A stretch of DNA of 64,000 nt from NCBI GenBank assembly GCA_030834125.1, contig JAURFW010000002.1:289-64288 (forward strand), written 5' to 3'. Source of the stretch: Bacteroidota bacterium (GTDB lineage Bacteria; Bacteroidota; Bacteroidia; NS11-12g; UBA955). Shown in pieces: positions 49,901-57,512 of this stretch (positions are counted from its first letter, which is position 1; each line of letters starts with the position of its first letter). A program made the position numbers and the translations under genes. The notes beneath the pieces are model-generated. The model did not search any database, was not told the DNA's origin, and was given only the letters and a program-made list of their open reading frames with translations.

Positions 49901-52900
49901 GCCAGCACTTCAACTTCAAATAAGAAAACACGAAGACACATTTCTTTGGGTATTACCCAAAGAACCTTTAGTAGAAATAGAACAGCTTGATTATTCCGGC
50001 AATCTAAATGATTTTCTTGCATCGGACTTTAAAAAACCATTTGATTTTTCTAAAAATTTAATGCGATTAAGTATTTTAACTAATGAGAATGGAAATAGTC
50101 AACTAATTTGGACTCATCATCATATTTTAATGGATGGATGGTCATTAGGGTTGTTTAGTAAATTATTATTTGAATCTCTAAAGGGTAATCCAATAATTAA
50201 GCAAACTTCATATTTGGATTTTTTATACAGCTTTAAAGACAAAAAATCATCCAATGAAACATATTGGAAATCTAGATTAGAGAAATGTAGTAATGATCCG
50301 TTGATACCATATCTAACTAAAGGTGAAGAATCGGATAATTATGGAGAGTTTGTATTAGAAATTAATGAAATCCCGTTATGGCGCGAACTTACCCATTCAG
50401 GACTAACTCAACATAATTTTGTTTATTCGGCTTGGCTTGCATTTTTAACAGCAGTTTTCAATAAAAATGAAATAAATATCGGAAATGTAATTTCTTTAAG
50501 AGAAGGTAATCTTGTTGAAGAGGTCGGTATGTTTATTCAAACTTTACCGTTTTATATGGCCACTGTTAAAGATGAATTATTTTCAGACTTTTCCGGTAGG
50601 GTGAAACATCAACTGCTCGAGGATATCGAACATAAGGAATTATCATATAAAACCCTTGAAGGAATAAATTTAAATTTAGACCATATTTTCGTTTTTGAAA
50701 ACTATCCAATTGATGAATCTGTATATGATAACTCATCTATCAGTATTGGGGAGTTTAAAGAAAGAACTGCCGCTAAATGGACCTTGATTTGTTATCCCAC
50801 TCAGAAAGGAATAAAAATTAGAACCTTGTTTCAAGGTGATTTTTATAATTCTGAATATGTAGGAGAGATAATGAGGAGGTTTGCAGAATTTATCCAAAAT
50901 ATTCATTGGGATTATAAAATAGGTTCTATTCCAAAATATATTACTAAGGCACCAATTCTGGAAGGTAAAAATAAACCTTTGCCGAAAATAGATAATCTAT
51001 TCGACTATTTTACCTCCAATGATGGTTTTAAAATTATCAGTATCAATGATGAGCTAACTGATGTCGATATTCACAATAAAACTAAAAGAATTGCGATAAA
51101 ACTCAGTGAACTTGGAATTGAAAATAATGAAGCTGTGGGAATCGACTTAAAATCAGTAAGTAATTTTGTTATTGCTGTATTGAGCATTTGGAAAGTTAAT
51201 GCGGTTCCTTGTTCAGTAGATTATCGTTATCCACAACAACGAAAATCATTTATTTGGGAAAATGCATCTTGCCGTTTTGTTATCTTAGAGAAAGATGGTG
51301 AAATATTTATTGAAACCAATGAATTTCCAAAAATGATGCAATCTGCAGATGCTTCGTTCATTCTTCATACCTCTGGATCAACAGGAATACCTAAAGGGGT
51401 TATTCAGACGAAAGACTGTTTGATTCATTTGGCTAATTGGACTGCAACTGAACTTGGATTAAACAAGAAGGATAGAATTTTAGCACTTTCCTCATTCGGT
51501 TTTGATGCTTCATATCACGAAATGATATTATGGCTTTCACTTGCAGGAACGCTTGTTGAAATGCCATACGAATCGAGACAGGATATTCAAGAAATTAGAA
51601 AATTTATTATTTCCAAACAAATAAGTATTGCTTGGATTCCTGCACGACTTCTAAATTCGATACTTGAAATTGAGCCCTTCTATTTCGATGAATGTCAATC
51701 TCTTAAACAAATTGTCACAACAGGAGAAGCATTGATTATTGGCGAAGCTCTAAGTAATTGGGTAAAGCGTGAAAATATCAGATTATTTAATTTTTATGGA
51801 CCTACCGAAACCCATGTGGTAACTGCGAAGGTTATAGATAAAAACAATATCTCAACAATCCCAGACATTGGCCAACCTATTAATAATGCCGCAATTGGTA
51901 TTTTCAACAGCGATGGGGAACCGGTACCAAAGGGATTTACTGGAGAATTATTCATTTCCGGTCCATACCTGGCTAATGGATATTTAAAAGACGAAGATTT
52001 AGATAGTAAAAAATTTGTTTATCGAAATAATGTAAGGTGGTATAAAAGCGGTGATATCGGTTGGTTTAATGAAAATCAAAATATTGAATATCTGGGTCGT
52101 TTAGATGATCAGATTAAAATAAGAGGTTATCGAATTGAGCCATTTGAGGTGGAATCTCTAATTCATAAAGTTGAGGGGGTAAAACAGGTCGCCATCGCGG
52201 TTGATAAAACAGAAGAAACAAAACTGATTGCTTTTTGGACAGGTAAAAAGATATCGGATATGGAATTTCGAAAAAACTGTTTGAAAATTTTACCAGAATT
52301 TATGATTCCCGAGGTTCAAATTTATCTCGATAGTTTGCCAAGAAATATTAATGGAAAAATTGATCGTAAATTACTGTTAGAAAATTATTTTTCAAATAAA
52401 GAAGCTACATCTAATAGTATACCTAATAGCTCGGGCTCTCGTTGTTGGAAAGCTATTTTGGGACATGAAAATTTTAGAAAAAATTCACAATTTCTGTCTG
52501 TAGGTGGTAATTCAATTAAAATTATGCGAATGCAAGCCTGGTTAGAAAAAAATTATGGAATATCTTGTACTGTAAAAGAGCTAATAATAAATCAAACAAT
52601 AGCCGAACTTGATGATTTGATTATTAAAAAAGATGCGGAAAGCACATTTTTATTACCGGATGCTATTCCCTTAAATAAGCTTCAAGATGATTTATTACTT
52701 GCAGAAGAAGGTAATTATATCTCTAAGGATTCTCCTTTTTTATTGTCTTTCACCTGCGACATGACGAAAAAATATGAAATCAATGAATTTGAAAGAGCAA
52801 TTGAATATGTTTTCGAGTGTTATCCGCATTTAACCTATGTTTTCGATAATAATCAAAAACGCAAACGGTTTGTAAAATGCGAGAACTTTAGAGAATTTAT

Positions 52901-53681
52901 AAAAGTCCCACTCCATAAAGATTCATTGCAATCCGCAGAGCCGTTGTTGAGAATTTTCCAGGAGGATGGTAAATTGACAGTCCAATGGCATCATATTGTA
53001 CTTGATGCGGTAGGCATTTCAATATTCATGCAAACCTTTTATTCTTTATTAGAGGGTGAAGAAACTAGAATTAAACGAAGTTATAATTCCTTTTTACAAC
53101 AACATAGTATTAAAAATATTGCAAAAACGGAAAGTTCATCAAAAGAATGTATAGTGTTCAATAAAATTATTGGACCTGATGAAAAAAAATTACTTGAAAT
53201 TCTTGGTATTGAATTAAAACTAAGTTTACATGATGTATTTTTATTGGTGTCGCATAGTCTTTTTGGTCTTGAAAGCCTTATTGCCTATACGGATAATGAA
53301 CTGCAATGCGGAATACCCGGAATGTTTACATTTTTAAATTGTAGTAGTGTAACTGAAAAAGGATGTATACTTCAAAAAAATGTAGTAAGTGATAAAAAGG
53401 TTTCAATGGTAACTAACTTTATGTATGCTCCCGAACTTCCGATTGATGTTAATATTGAATCGTCTGCTGTGAAATTATGTAAGTATCTTTATGAATTTCA
53501 AATTGAAGTATTTGAAGATAAAATTCAGTTGCAATTTATTTGTGAATTTGATAATAAATCGTCTGAGGATAAAGCAAATCAACTATTTAATAATATTGAC
53601 AAATTATTAGTTGAAAAGTCATTTCAAGCATTATTTGATCGAAGAAACAATGAGATTCATTTTGAAGATTTTGATTTTTAA
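46914..53681 (+). CDS. NRPS-4: C - A(Thr) - T - C - A(Pro-type) - T - C
   Basis: C HHLLFDA, HHHILMDGWS, HHIVLDA; A1 FDFSTWE/LNQTP/NMYGITETTVH; A2 FDASYHE/NFYGPTETHVVT; T GGDS and GGNS; ATG 46914 preferred to TTG 46896. Confidence 0.93.
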   Translation: MRNNYNKEDIAAVFKTHFAEQSLIVMDMDKAQNSEYIETALVKIQDRILQKNDIENWVQSIPRFRDVFIYEKLEEPVRVRLKTINPSIEIIDANNWDDSKILDWLDTQDLNLNIQQGPLFKIFIFKSENSSYLACCYHHLLFDAISIQYAFASLLKGTNISFKEWIPVNENNKQIKVDEVGFEMQNFVPQPIKGVDQFLYEELELPELHYKDFMAKWAEFIFLATGEDQICIGEVFSLRNTEPAAQDAIGYYVQTWPLILKSNSSIKEDIEIQRSKILKHLDKPVQSLYPTGLFDHCWVLEPEIKSEYKAIFRSRPHYLLSIVIKANNEGVSLCFVWNLNKITKPAAKEIINSFNEFVNSKNAIKKINKESYQLKPINYIWTEKINLNPDKIAVRDSKGNKLSYKQLEDLSDSLASVLDVKIQEPVGIRTSNSVLLIVSMLAILKKRAIYVPLDPEISDERFKYIINDANINTIISDLEAVPLKTMIHPIQNKVSGVPMDLKPDLNDICYLIYTSGTTGQPKGCSVMQKNLSNLFIGTALKFDFKKDDSWILAHSYGFDFSTWEIWGALLNGASLYIPDRKDVKDSFKFYKILQQEEITILNQTPKAFENLMIVGESEAQLSKLRYLIFGGDKLNFQKIYNWQLNNAKVKAVNMYGITETTVHVTFKEVEVEEFSNIGNPLPGYALSLRNVKGNIVPDGFIGELYVEGSGVCNGYFQKEQLTAEKFDFQKNPTYRSGDLGWRMNNDFYYLGRNDRQIKIRGYRIELGEIEFLLQKEFKNLFKILFINNKLLVAFHTCPFDIDRSMCISLLPEYGIPSRFIKLKEIPLNVNGKTDEEALKNILNEVQKDKSNGTDDLFSYFSKVLGNNLDLHRSFIENGGDSISAIRLINTLRKDNFNLSIQDLFTTSSLSQLKLKKLNENSIRESWMNDPLIDTLNLENQLKIDGVFPLSESQIGILYDSLAGTEDVYMVQLTYEIGSDITVKQLRKAYLNVMHALPALQLQIRKHEDTFLWVLPKEPLVEIEQLDYSGNLNDFLASDFKKPFDFSKNLMRLSILTNENGNSQLIWTHHHILMDGWSLGLFSKLLFESLKGNPIIKQTSYLDFLYSFKDKKSSNETYWKSRLEKCSNDPLIPYLTKGEESDNYGEFVLEINEIPLWRELTHSGLTQHNFVYSAWLAFLTAVFNKNEINIGNVISLREGNLVEEVGMFIQTLPFYMATVKDELFSDFSGRVKHQLLEDIEHKELSYKTLEGINLNLDHIFVFENYPIDESVYDNSSISIGEFKERTAAKWTLICYPTQKGIKIRTLFQGDFYNSEYVGEIMRRFAEFIQNIHWDYKIGSIPKYITKAPILEGKNKPLPKIDNLFDYFTSNDGFKIISINDELTDVDIHNKTKRIAIKLSELGIENNEAVGIDLKSVSNFVIAVLSIWKVNAVPCSVDYRYPQQRKSFIWENASCRFVILEKDGEIFIETNEFPKMMQSADASFILHTSGSTGIPKGVIQTKDCLIHLANWTATELGLNKKDRILALSSFGFDASYHEMILWLSLAGTLVEMPYESRQDIQEIRKFIISKQISIAWIPARLLNSILEIEPFYFDECQSLKQIVTTGEALIIGEALSNWVKRENIRLFNFYGPTETHVVTAKVIDKNNISTIPDIGQPINNAAIGIFNSDGEPVPKGFTGELFISGPYLANGYLKDEDLDSKKFVYRNNVRWYKSGDIGWFNENQNIEYLGRLDDQIKIRGYRIEPFEVESLIHKVEGVKQVAIAVDKTEETKLIAFWTGKKISDMEFRKNCLKILPEFMIPEVQIYLDSLPRNINGKIDRKLLLENYFSNKEATSNSIPNSSGSRCWKAILGHENFRKNSQFLSVGGNSIKIMRMQAWLEKNYGISCTVKELIINQTIAELDDLIIKKDAESTFLLPDAIPLNKLQDDLLLAEEGNYISKDSPFLLSFTCDMTKKYEINEFERAIEYVFECYPHLTYVFDNNQKRKRFVKCENFREFIKVPLHKDSLQSAEPLLRIFQEDGKLTVQWHHIVLDAVGISIFMQTFYSLLEGEETRIKRSYNSFLQQHSIKNIAKTESSSKECIVFNKIIGPDEKKLLEILGIELKLSLHDVFLLVSHSLFGLESLIAYTDNELQCGIPGMFTFLNCSSVTEKGCILQKNVVSDKKVSMVTNFMYAPELPIDVNIESSAVKLCKYLYEFQIEVFEDKIQLQFICEFDNKSSEDKANQLFNNIDKLLVEKSFQALFDRRNNEIHFEDFDF

Positions 53682-54526
53682 TGAGAGATTCGTTAAAGCA
53701 TATAGTTGATAAACTTGCCGTTAAGGGTTTTAGAAAAGCGGGAGGAGATAGTTGGAATGATGCAATGAAAATAATGCATCAATTGATTACACATTATTGT
53801 TGCGAACCTACAGCTTCGGTTTGGAAGGATGACAACGGCACTATATACACAAATTTCTCACTTTTTTTTAAAGGTAAGATTCATAAGAAAATTGTTATAG
53901 GAGCGCATTACGACACATATGAAGATACTCCAGGTGCTGATGATAATGCCTCTGCAGTTGCAGTATTACTTGGATTATCGAGCAAATTGAGGGATATTGA
54001 AAATCTTCCTTATGATACTGAATTAGTTTTCTACGCTTGCGAGGAGCCACCCTTTTTCGGGACGGATGCTATGGGGAGTTTTAAGCATGCGATAGCTTGT
54101 TCTCCAGGCAATACAAATTTGATGATTTGTCTTGAAATGGTAGGTTTTTATTCTAATGAATTGGGTAGTCAGAAATATCCTTTTTCAATATTTAATTTAC
54201 TTTATGGGAAAAAGGCAAATTATCTAATGTTAGTTTCCAACTTCAAATCTAGAAGGGTTTTACGTCCTCTACGCAATGTATTTAAAGAAAGTTCTATGAT
54301 TTACAAGATCTTTATTTCTCCCTTCAAATCTTTCGGAATGGATTGGTCCGATCATAGAAATTACTGGTCAAAGAATATACCAGCAATCATGATTACAGAT
54401 ACTTCAGTATTTAGAAATTCAAATTATCATCAATTAACCGATACTCCAAATACTTTAGATTATGATAAAATGGCTGTTCTGACTCAAGATTTGTTTAAAT
54501 TAGTAAAAAATATAGAATTGAATTAA
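53681..54526 (+). CDS. M28 family metallopeptidase (YfbL-like), no signal peptide
   Basis: IGAHYDT, PGADDNASAVA, EEPPFFG, CLEMVG, WSDH, YHQLTDTP. Confidence 0.9.
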   Translation: MRDSLKHIVDKLAVKGFRKAGGDSWNDAMKIMHQLITHYCCEPTASVWKDDNGTIYTNFSLFFKGKIHKKIVIGAHYDTYEDTPGADDNASAVAVLLGLSSKLRDIENLPYDTELVFYACEEPPFFGTDAMGSFKHAIACSPGNTNLMICLEMVGFYSNELGSQKYPFSIFNLLYGKKANYLMLVSNFKSRRVLRPLRNVFKESSMIYKIFISPFKSFGMDWSDHRNYWSKNIPAIMITDTSVFRNSNYHQLTDTPNTLDYDKMAVLTQDLFKLVKNIELN

Positions 54527-54527
54527 C

Positions 54528-55295
54528 ATGCAAAATCACAAAAAAATTATTGGTCTTTTACCAAATGAAGATGCTTATGGTAATAATATAGCAGATACTT
54601 TTTATGGTAAAGGTGGGGGATATGATATTATTGAAAGAGAAGATGGACATTTTACATTAAACGGCGATAGTGACGCATATACGGAAGCATTTGATAATTG
54701 GTCTCAAATACAAAAATTATCAAGCAAATATGTTAATGGAAAAGTCCTAGACATAGGATGTGGTGGAGGAAAGCATTCAGTTTATTTTCAGGAACAAGGT
54801 GTTAATATTACTGGTATGGATAATTCTCCACTTGCATTGCAAATTTGTGGAGAAAGAGGCCTTGAAAATACTTTATTGTGTGATGTTCTTCGCCTAGACC
54901 ACACGGTTATTGATGAATTGGATTCAATCATTCTTTGGGGAAATAATTTTGGATTGCTTCAAAATTCAGTTGTAGCAAAAAAATTCTTCAAGAATTGCCT
55001 CAAAATGTGTAATCCTGATGCGAAAATACTGATAGAAACACTAGACCCTTATGGAAAAGCCTTCAATTTAGACGATGATAAATCATACATAGAAGAAAAT
55101 AGGCTTAATGGTCGATTAGGTGGGCAAATTCGGGTTAGAGTCAGGTATCGACATTTTGTTACCCCATGGAGAGATTATCTTTTTGTATCCAAACAAGAAT
55201 TGAATGAAATTTTAGAAGATACAGGTTGGATAGTTACTAATACTTTTGACGACAAAGAGATTGATCAATATATAGCGGTTATTGAAAGAAATTAA
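54528..55295 (+). CDS. Class I SAM-dependent methyltransferase
   Basis: VLDIGCGGGKH, GMDNSP, WGNNFGL. Confidence 0.88.
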   Translation: MQNHKKIIGLLPNEDAYGNNIADTFYGKGGGYDIIEREDGHFTLNGDSDAYTEAFDNWSQIQKLSSKYVNGKVLDIGCGGGKHSVYFQEQGVNITGMDNSPLALQICGERGLENTLLCDVLRLDHTVIDELDSIILWGNNFGLLQNSVVAKKFFKNCLKMCNPDAKILIETLDPYGKAFNLDDDKSYIEENRLNGRLGGQIRVRVRYRHFVTPWRDYLFVSKQELNEILEDTGWIVTNTFDDKEIDQYIAVIERN

Positions 55296-55355
55296 TTAAC
55301 ATATATTAACGGAAAAGTATAATTAGGTGGTTTTTCTTAGTGAAGTTTTTTACTC

Positions 55356-55859
55356 TTACAGAATCACTCTTTCACTTCCTTGGTACTTTGTATCGTAAAT
55401 TACAAAACCGGCATCTTCAAATATACCGGCAATCTCGCCGGGATTCATAAACAAAGATTTGCCATATTTCTGTTTGTGGTATTTGTGTGTATGACCAAAA
55501 AACACAGCATCATACCAACCTGTTTTTACCATTGTTTTTGCATAAAACGGATAATGAGTTACTCCAAAATTAAGACCATCTAATATTAATAAATCATCAT
55601 CATCTCCAATATATTCTCCGTGTATTAAAATATTAGTGTAATTCTGCGAAACTCTTTCAATTTGAAATTTATCACCGTCATTGTTTCCAAAAACGAGATG
55701 AAAGTTAATTCCAGAATCACCTAAAGTTTTTATAATGAACGGTGAACATAGATCTCCGCAAACTATTCCATGTTCTATATTTCTTCCTTTAATTATACTG
55801 ATGGCCTTGTTAAGGTTTTCCACATGATCGTGTATGTCGCTGATTATTGCTATTTCCAT
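55356..55859 (-). CDS. Metallophosphoesterase (YfcE/MJ0936 family)
   Basis: ISDIHD, CGDL, VFGNND, THY, GHTH, NPG. Confidence 0.92.
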   Translation of the reverse strand: MEIAIISDIHDHVENLNKAISIIKGRNIEHGIVCGDLCSPFIIKTLGDSGINFHLVFGNNDGDKFQIERVSQNYTNILIHGEYIGDDDDLLILDGLNFGVTHYPFYAKTMVKTGWYDAVFFGHTHKYHKQKYGKSLFMNPGEIAGIFEDAGFVIYDTKYQGSERVIL

Positions 55860-55899
55860 GGTGTGTATTAGAAATTTCCTCGAAAATACAAAAGCACGC

Positions 55900-55907
55900 T
55901 AAATTTG
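55900..55907 (+). promoter_or_regulatory. Bacteroidota -7 promoter element upstream of ferredoxin
   Basis: TAAATTTG 18 nt before ATG 55926. Confidence 0.45.
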
Positions 55908-55925
55908 TAACAGATATTTGCAAAT

Positions 55926-56273
55926 ATGGCCATAATCATAACAGAAGAATGTATAAACTGTGGAGCTTGCGAGCCCGAATGTCCAAATAATGCAATTTAT
56001 GAAGCAGGTGTTGAATGGGCTATTTCTGAGGGAACAGAGGTACAGGGGACATTCAAAATGAAGAGTGGAGAGGATGTTGATGTTGACAAGAAATTCGGCC
56101 CCGTGAGTGATGAGGTTTATTATATAGTACCTGATAAGTGTACAGAATGTATGGGATTCCATGAAGAACCACAATGTGCAGCCGTATGCCCTGTAGATTG
56201 TTGTGTTCCAGATCCTGATAACGAAGAAACAGAAGACGTACTATTAGATAGACAGTCGAGACTGCATCCTTAA
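55926..56273 (+). CDS. 2x[4Fe-4S] ferredoxin (YfhL family)
   Basis: [12 protein letters not shown] and [21 protein letters not shown]. Confidence 0.95.
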   Translation: MAIIITEECINCGACEPECPNNAIYEAGVEWAISEGTEVQGTFKMKSGEDVDVDKKFGPVSDEVYYIVPDKCTECMGFHEEPQCAAVCPVDCCVPDPDNEETEDVLLDRQSRLHP

Positions 56274-56319
56274 GGTTTCTTTGTTTTTTAGTGCTAGAAG
56301 TCTTTATTTGTAGAGACTC

Positions 56320-57063
56320 ATGTCTGATAAGTTAATTTGTCTGCAGTCTTGGGCACCAATTCGTAAAGAACCAAGTTCAGCGTCCGAAATGGTAAGTTCA
56401 TTACTTTTTGGTGAAATAGTTTGGGTCCGAAAAGAACTTGATGATTCTTGGTTGGAAATACAAGCAATGTCACCTGAGTATATTGGATTTATTCCTAAGG
56501 GTTATTTGTGCGAATTACCTGCAGAAGAGTTTTCGGTAAAATCAATCTTTGAACCATCATACATACAATCATTACAAGAACCACAGTATAAAATACGATT
56601 AAGCCCTGGTTCTTTTCTTCCTGATTTTTCAAGTATCCCTATTTCTGGTATTGAATATTCAACACAAATAATAGCTACACAAAAAGTTGATGAATTTACT
56701 GTTATTCATCAATTTTTAAATACACCTTATTTGTGGGGCGGTAGATCAATTTGGGGTATTGATTGTAGCGGATTAACTGGTATTTTTGCTAGAATTCAAG
56801 GTGTAGAAATCCCTAGAGATGCAAGTCAGCAATACCACTTTATTAAGAAAGAAATTCAATGGGGAGAACACAAAAAAGGTGATTTAGCATTCTTTGCAAA
56901 TGAGAATGATAAAATTACTCATGTGGGAATTATTTTAGAGGAAAATAAAATAATACATGCCCATAACAGAGTTTGTATCGATACTTTAAACTCTAATGGC
57001 ATTATCAAACCATCAAAAGAGCTATCCCACAAATTATCAGCAATAAAGAGAATTGAACTATGA
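56320..57063 (+). CDS. NlpC/P60 (C40) peptidase with SH3-like N-terminal domain
   Basis: EMVSSLLFGE, PYLWGGRS.WGIDCSG, PRDASQQ, GDLAFF, HVGI, IIHA. Confidence 0.92.
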   Translation: MSDKLICLQSWAPIRKEPSSASEMVSSLLFGEIVWVRKELDDSWLEIQAMSPEYIGFIPKGYLCELPAEEFSVKSIFEPSYIQSLQEPQYKIRLSPGSFLPDFSSIPISGIEYSTQIIATQKVDEFTVIHQFLNTPYLWGGRSIWGIDCSGLTGIFARIQGVEIPRDASQQYHFIKKEIQWGEHKKGDLAFFANENDKITHVGIILEENKIIHAHNRVCIDTLNSNGIIKPSKELSHKLSAIKRIEL

Positions 57064-57503
57064 AGTTAGCCGAATATATTAACGATATGAAACCCGATTT
57101 CCACAAGTTATATGGTGCAAAATACGGTTTTGAAATTGGGCAATCTGAAGTACATATGGACTTAACATTAAACGCAACTACTCAATATTTGCAGAAATTG
57201 TTAATGTCGGGTAAAATGAAGGAAATACAGAATTTAGCTATGCAGGGTTCATTTGCCATGAAGGACAGTCCATATTACAACGAGTTGATGCAGAATGTAG
57301 TTGCTACCTATTATGGTTTAACTTGGGAAAACGAAAGAAAAACTCAGCTAGCCGAAGATATTCTTACATTTATTATTGATGGATTAAAACATCGGTTTAA
57401 TGCTGGTGGTTATAGTATGGATAAAAAAGGGGTAATGGATTTTCTTGGTATTGATTTGGGGATTTTAGGTAAAATGGGAGGAATGTTTAGTAAGTTCTTC
57501 TAA
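57060..57503 (+). CDS. Hypothetical protein
   Basis: 147-aa ORF with ATGA overlap; glycine-rich amphipathic C-terminus LGKMGGMFSKFF. Confidence 0.6.
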   Translation: MKLAEYINDMKPDFHKLYGAKYGFEIGQSEVHMDLTLNATTQYLQKLLMSGKMKEIQNLAMQGSFAMKDSPYYNELMQNVVATYYGLTWENERKTQLAEDILTFIIDGLKHRFNAGGYSMDKKGVMDFLGIDLGILGKMGGMFSKFF

Positions 57504-57512
57504 CAAATAATA

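Larger units (their letters stand above)
26286..55295 (+). other. NRPS biosynthetic gene cluster (12 co-directional genes)
   Basis: Tightly packed, partly overlapping genes: precursor enzymes, PPTase, four NRPSs, tailoring enzymes. Confidence 0.93.

Noticed and set aside
26286..55295. Siderophore or glycopeptide cluster
   Set aside because: No Orn hydroxylase, TonB receptor, P450/X domain, halogenase or glycosyltransferase recognised
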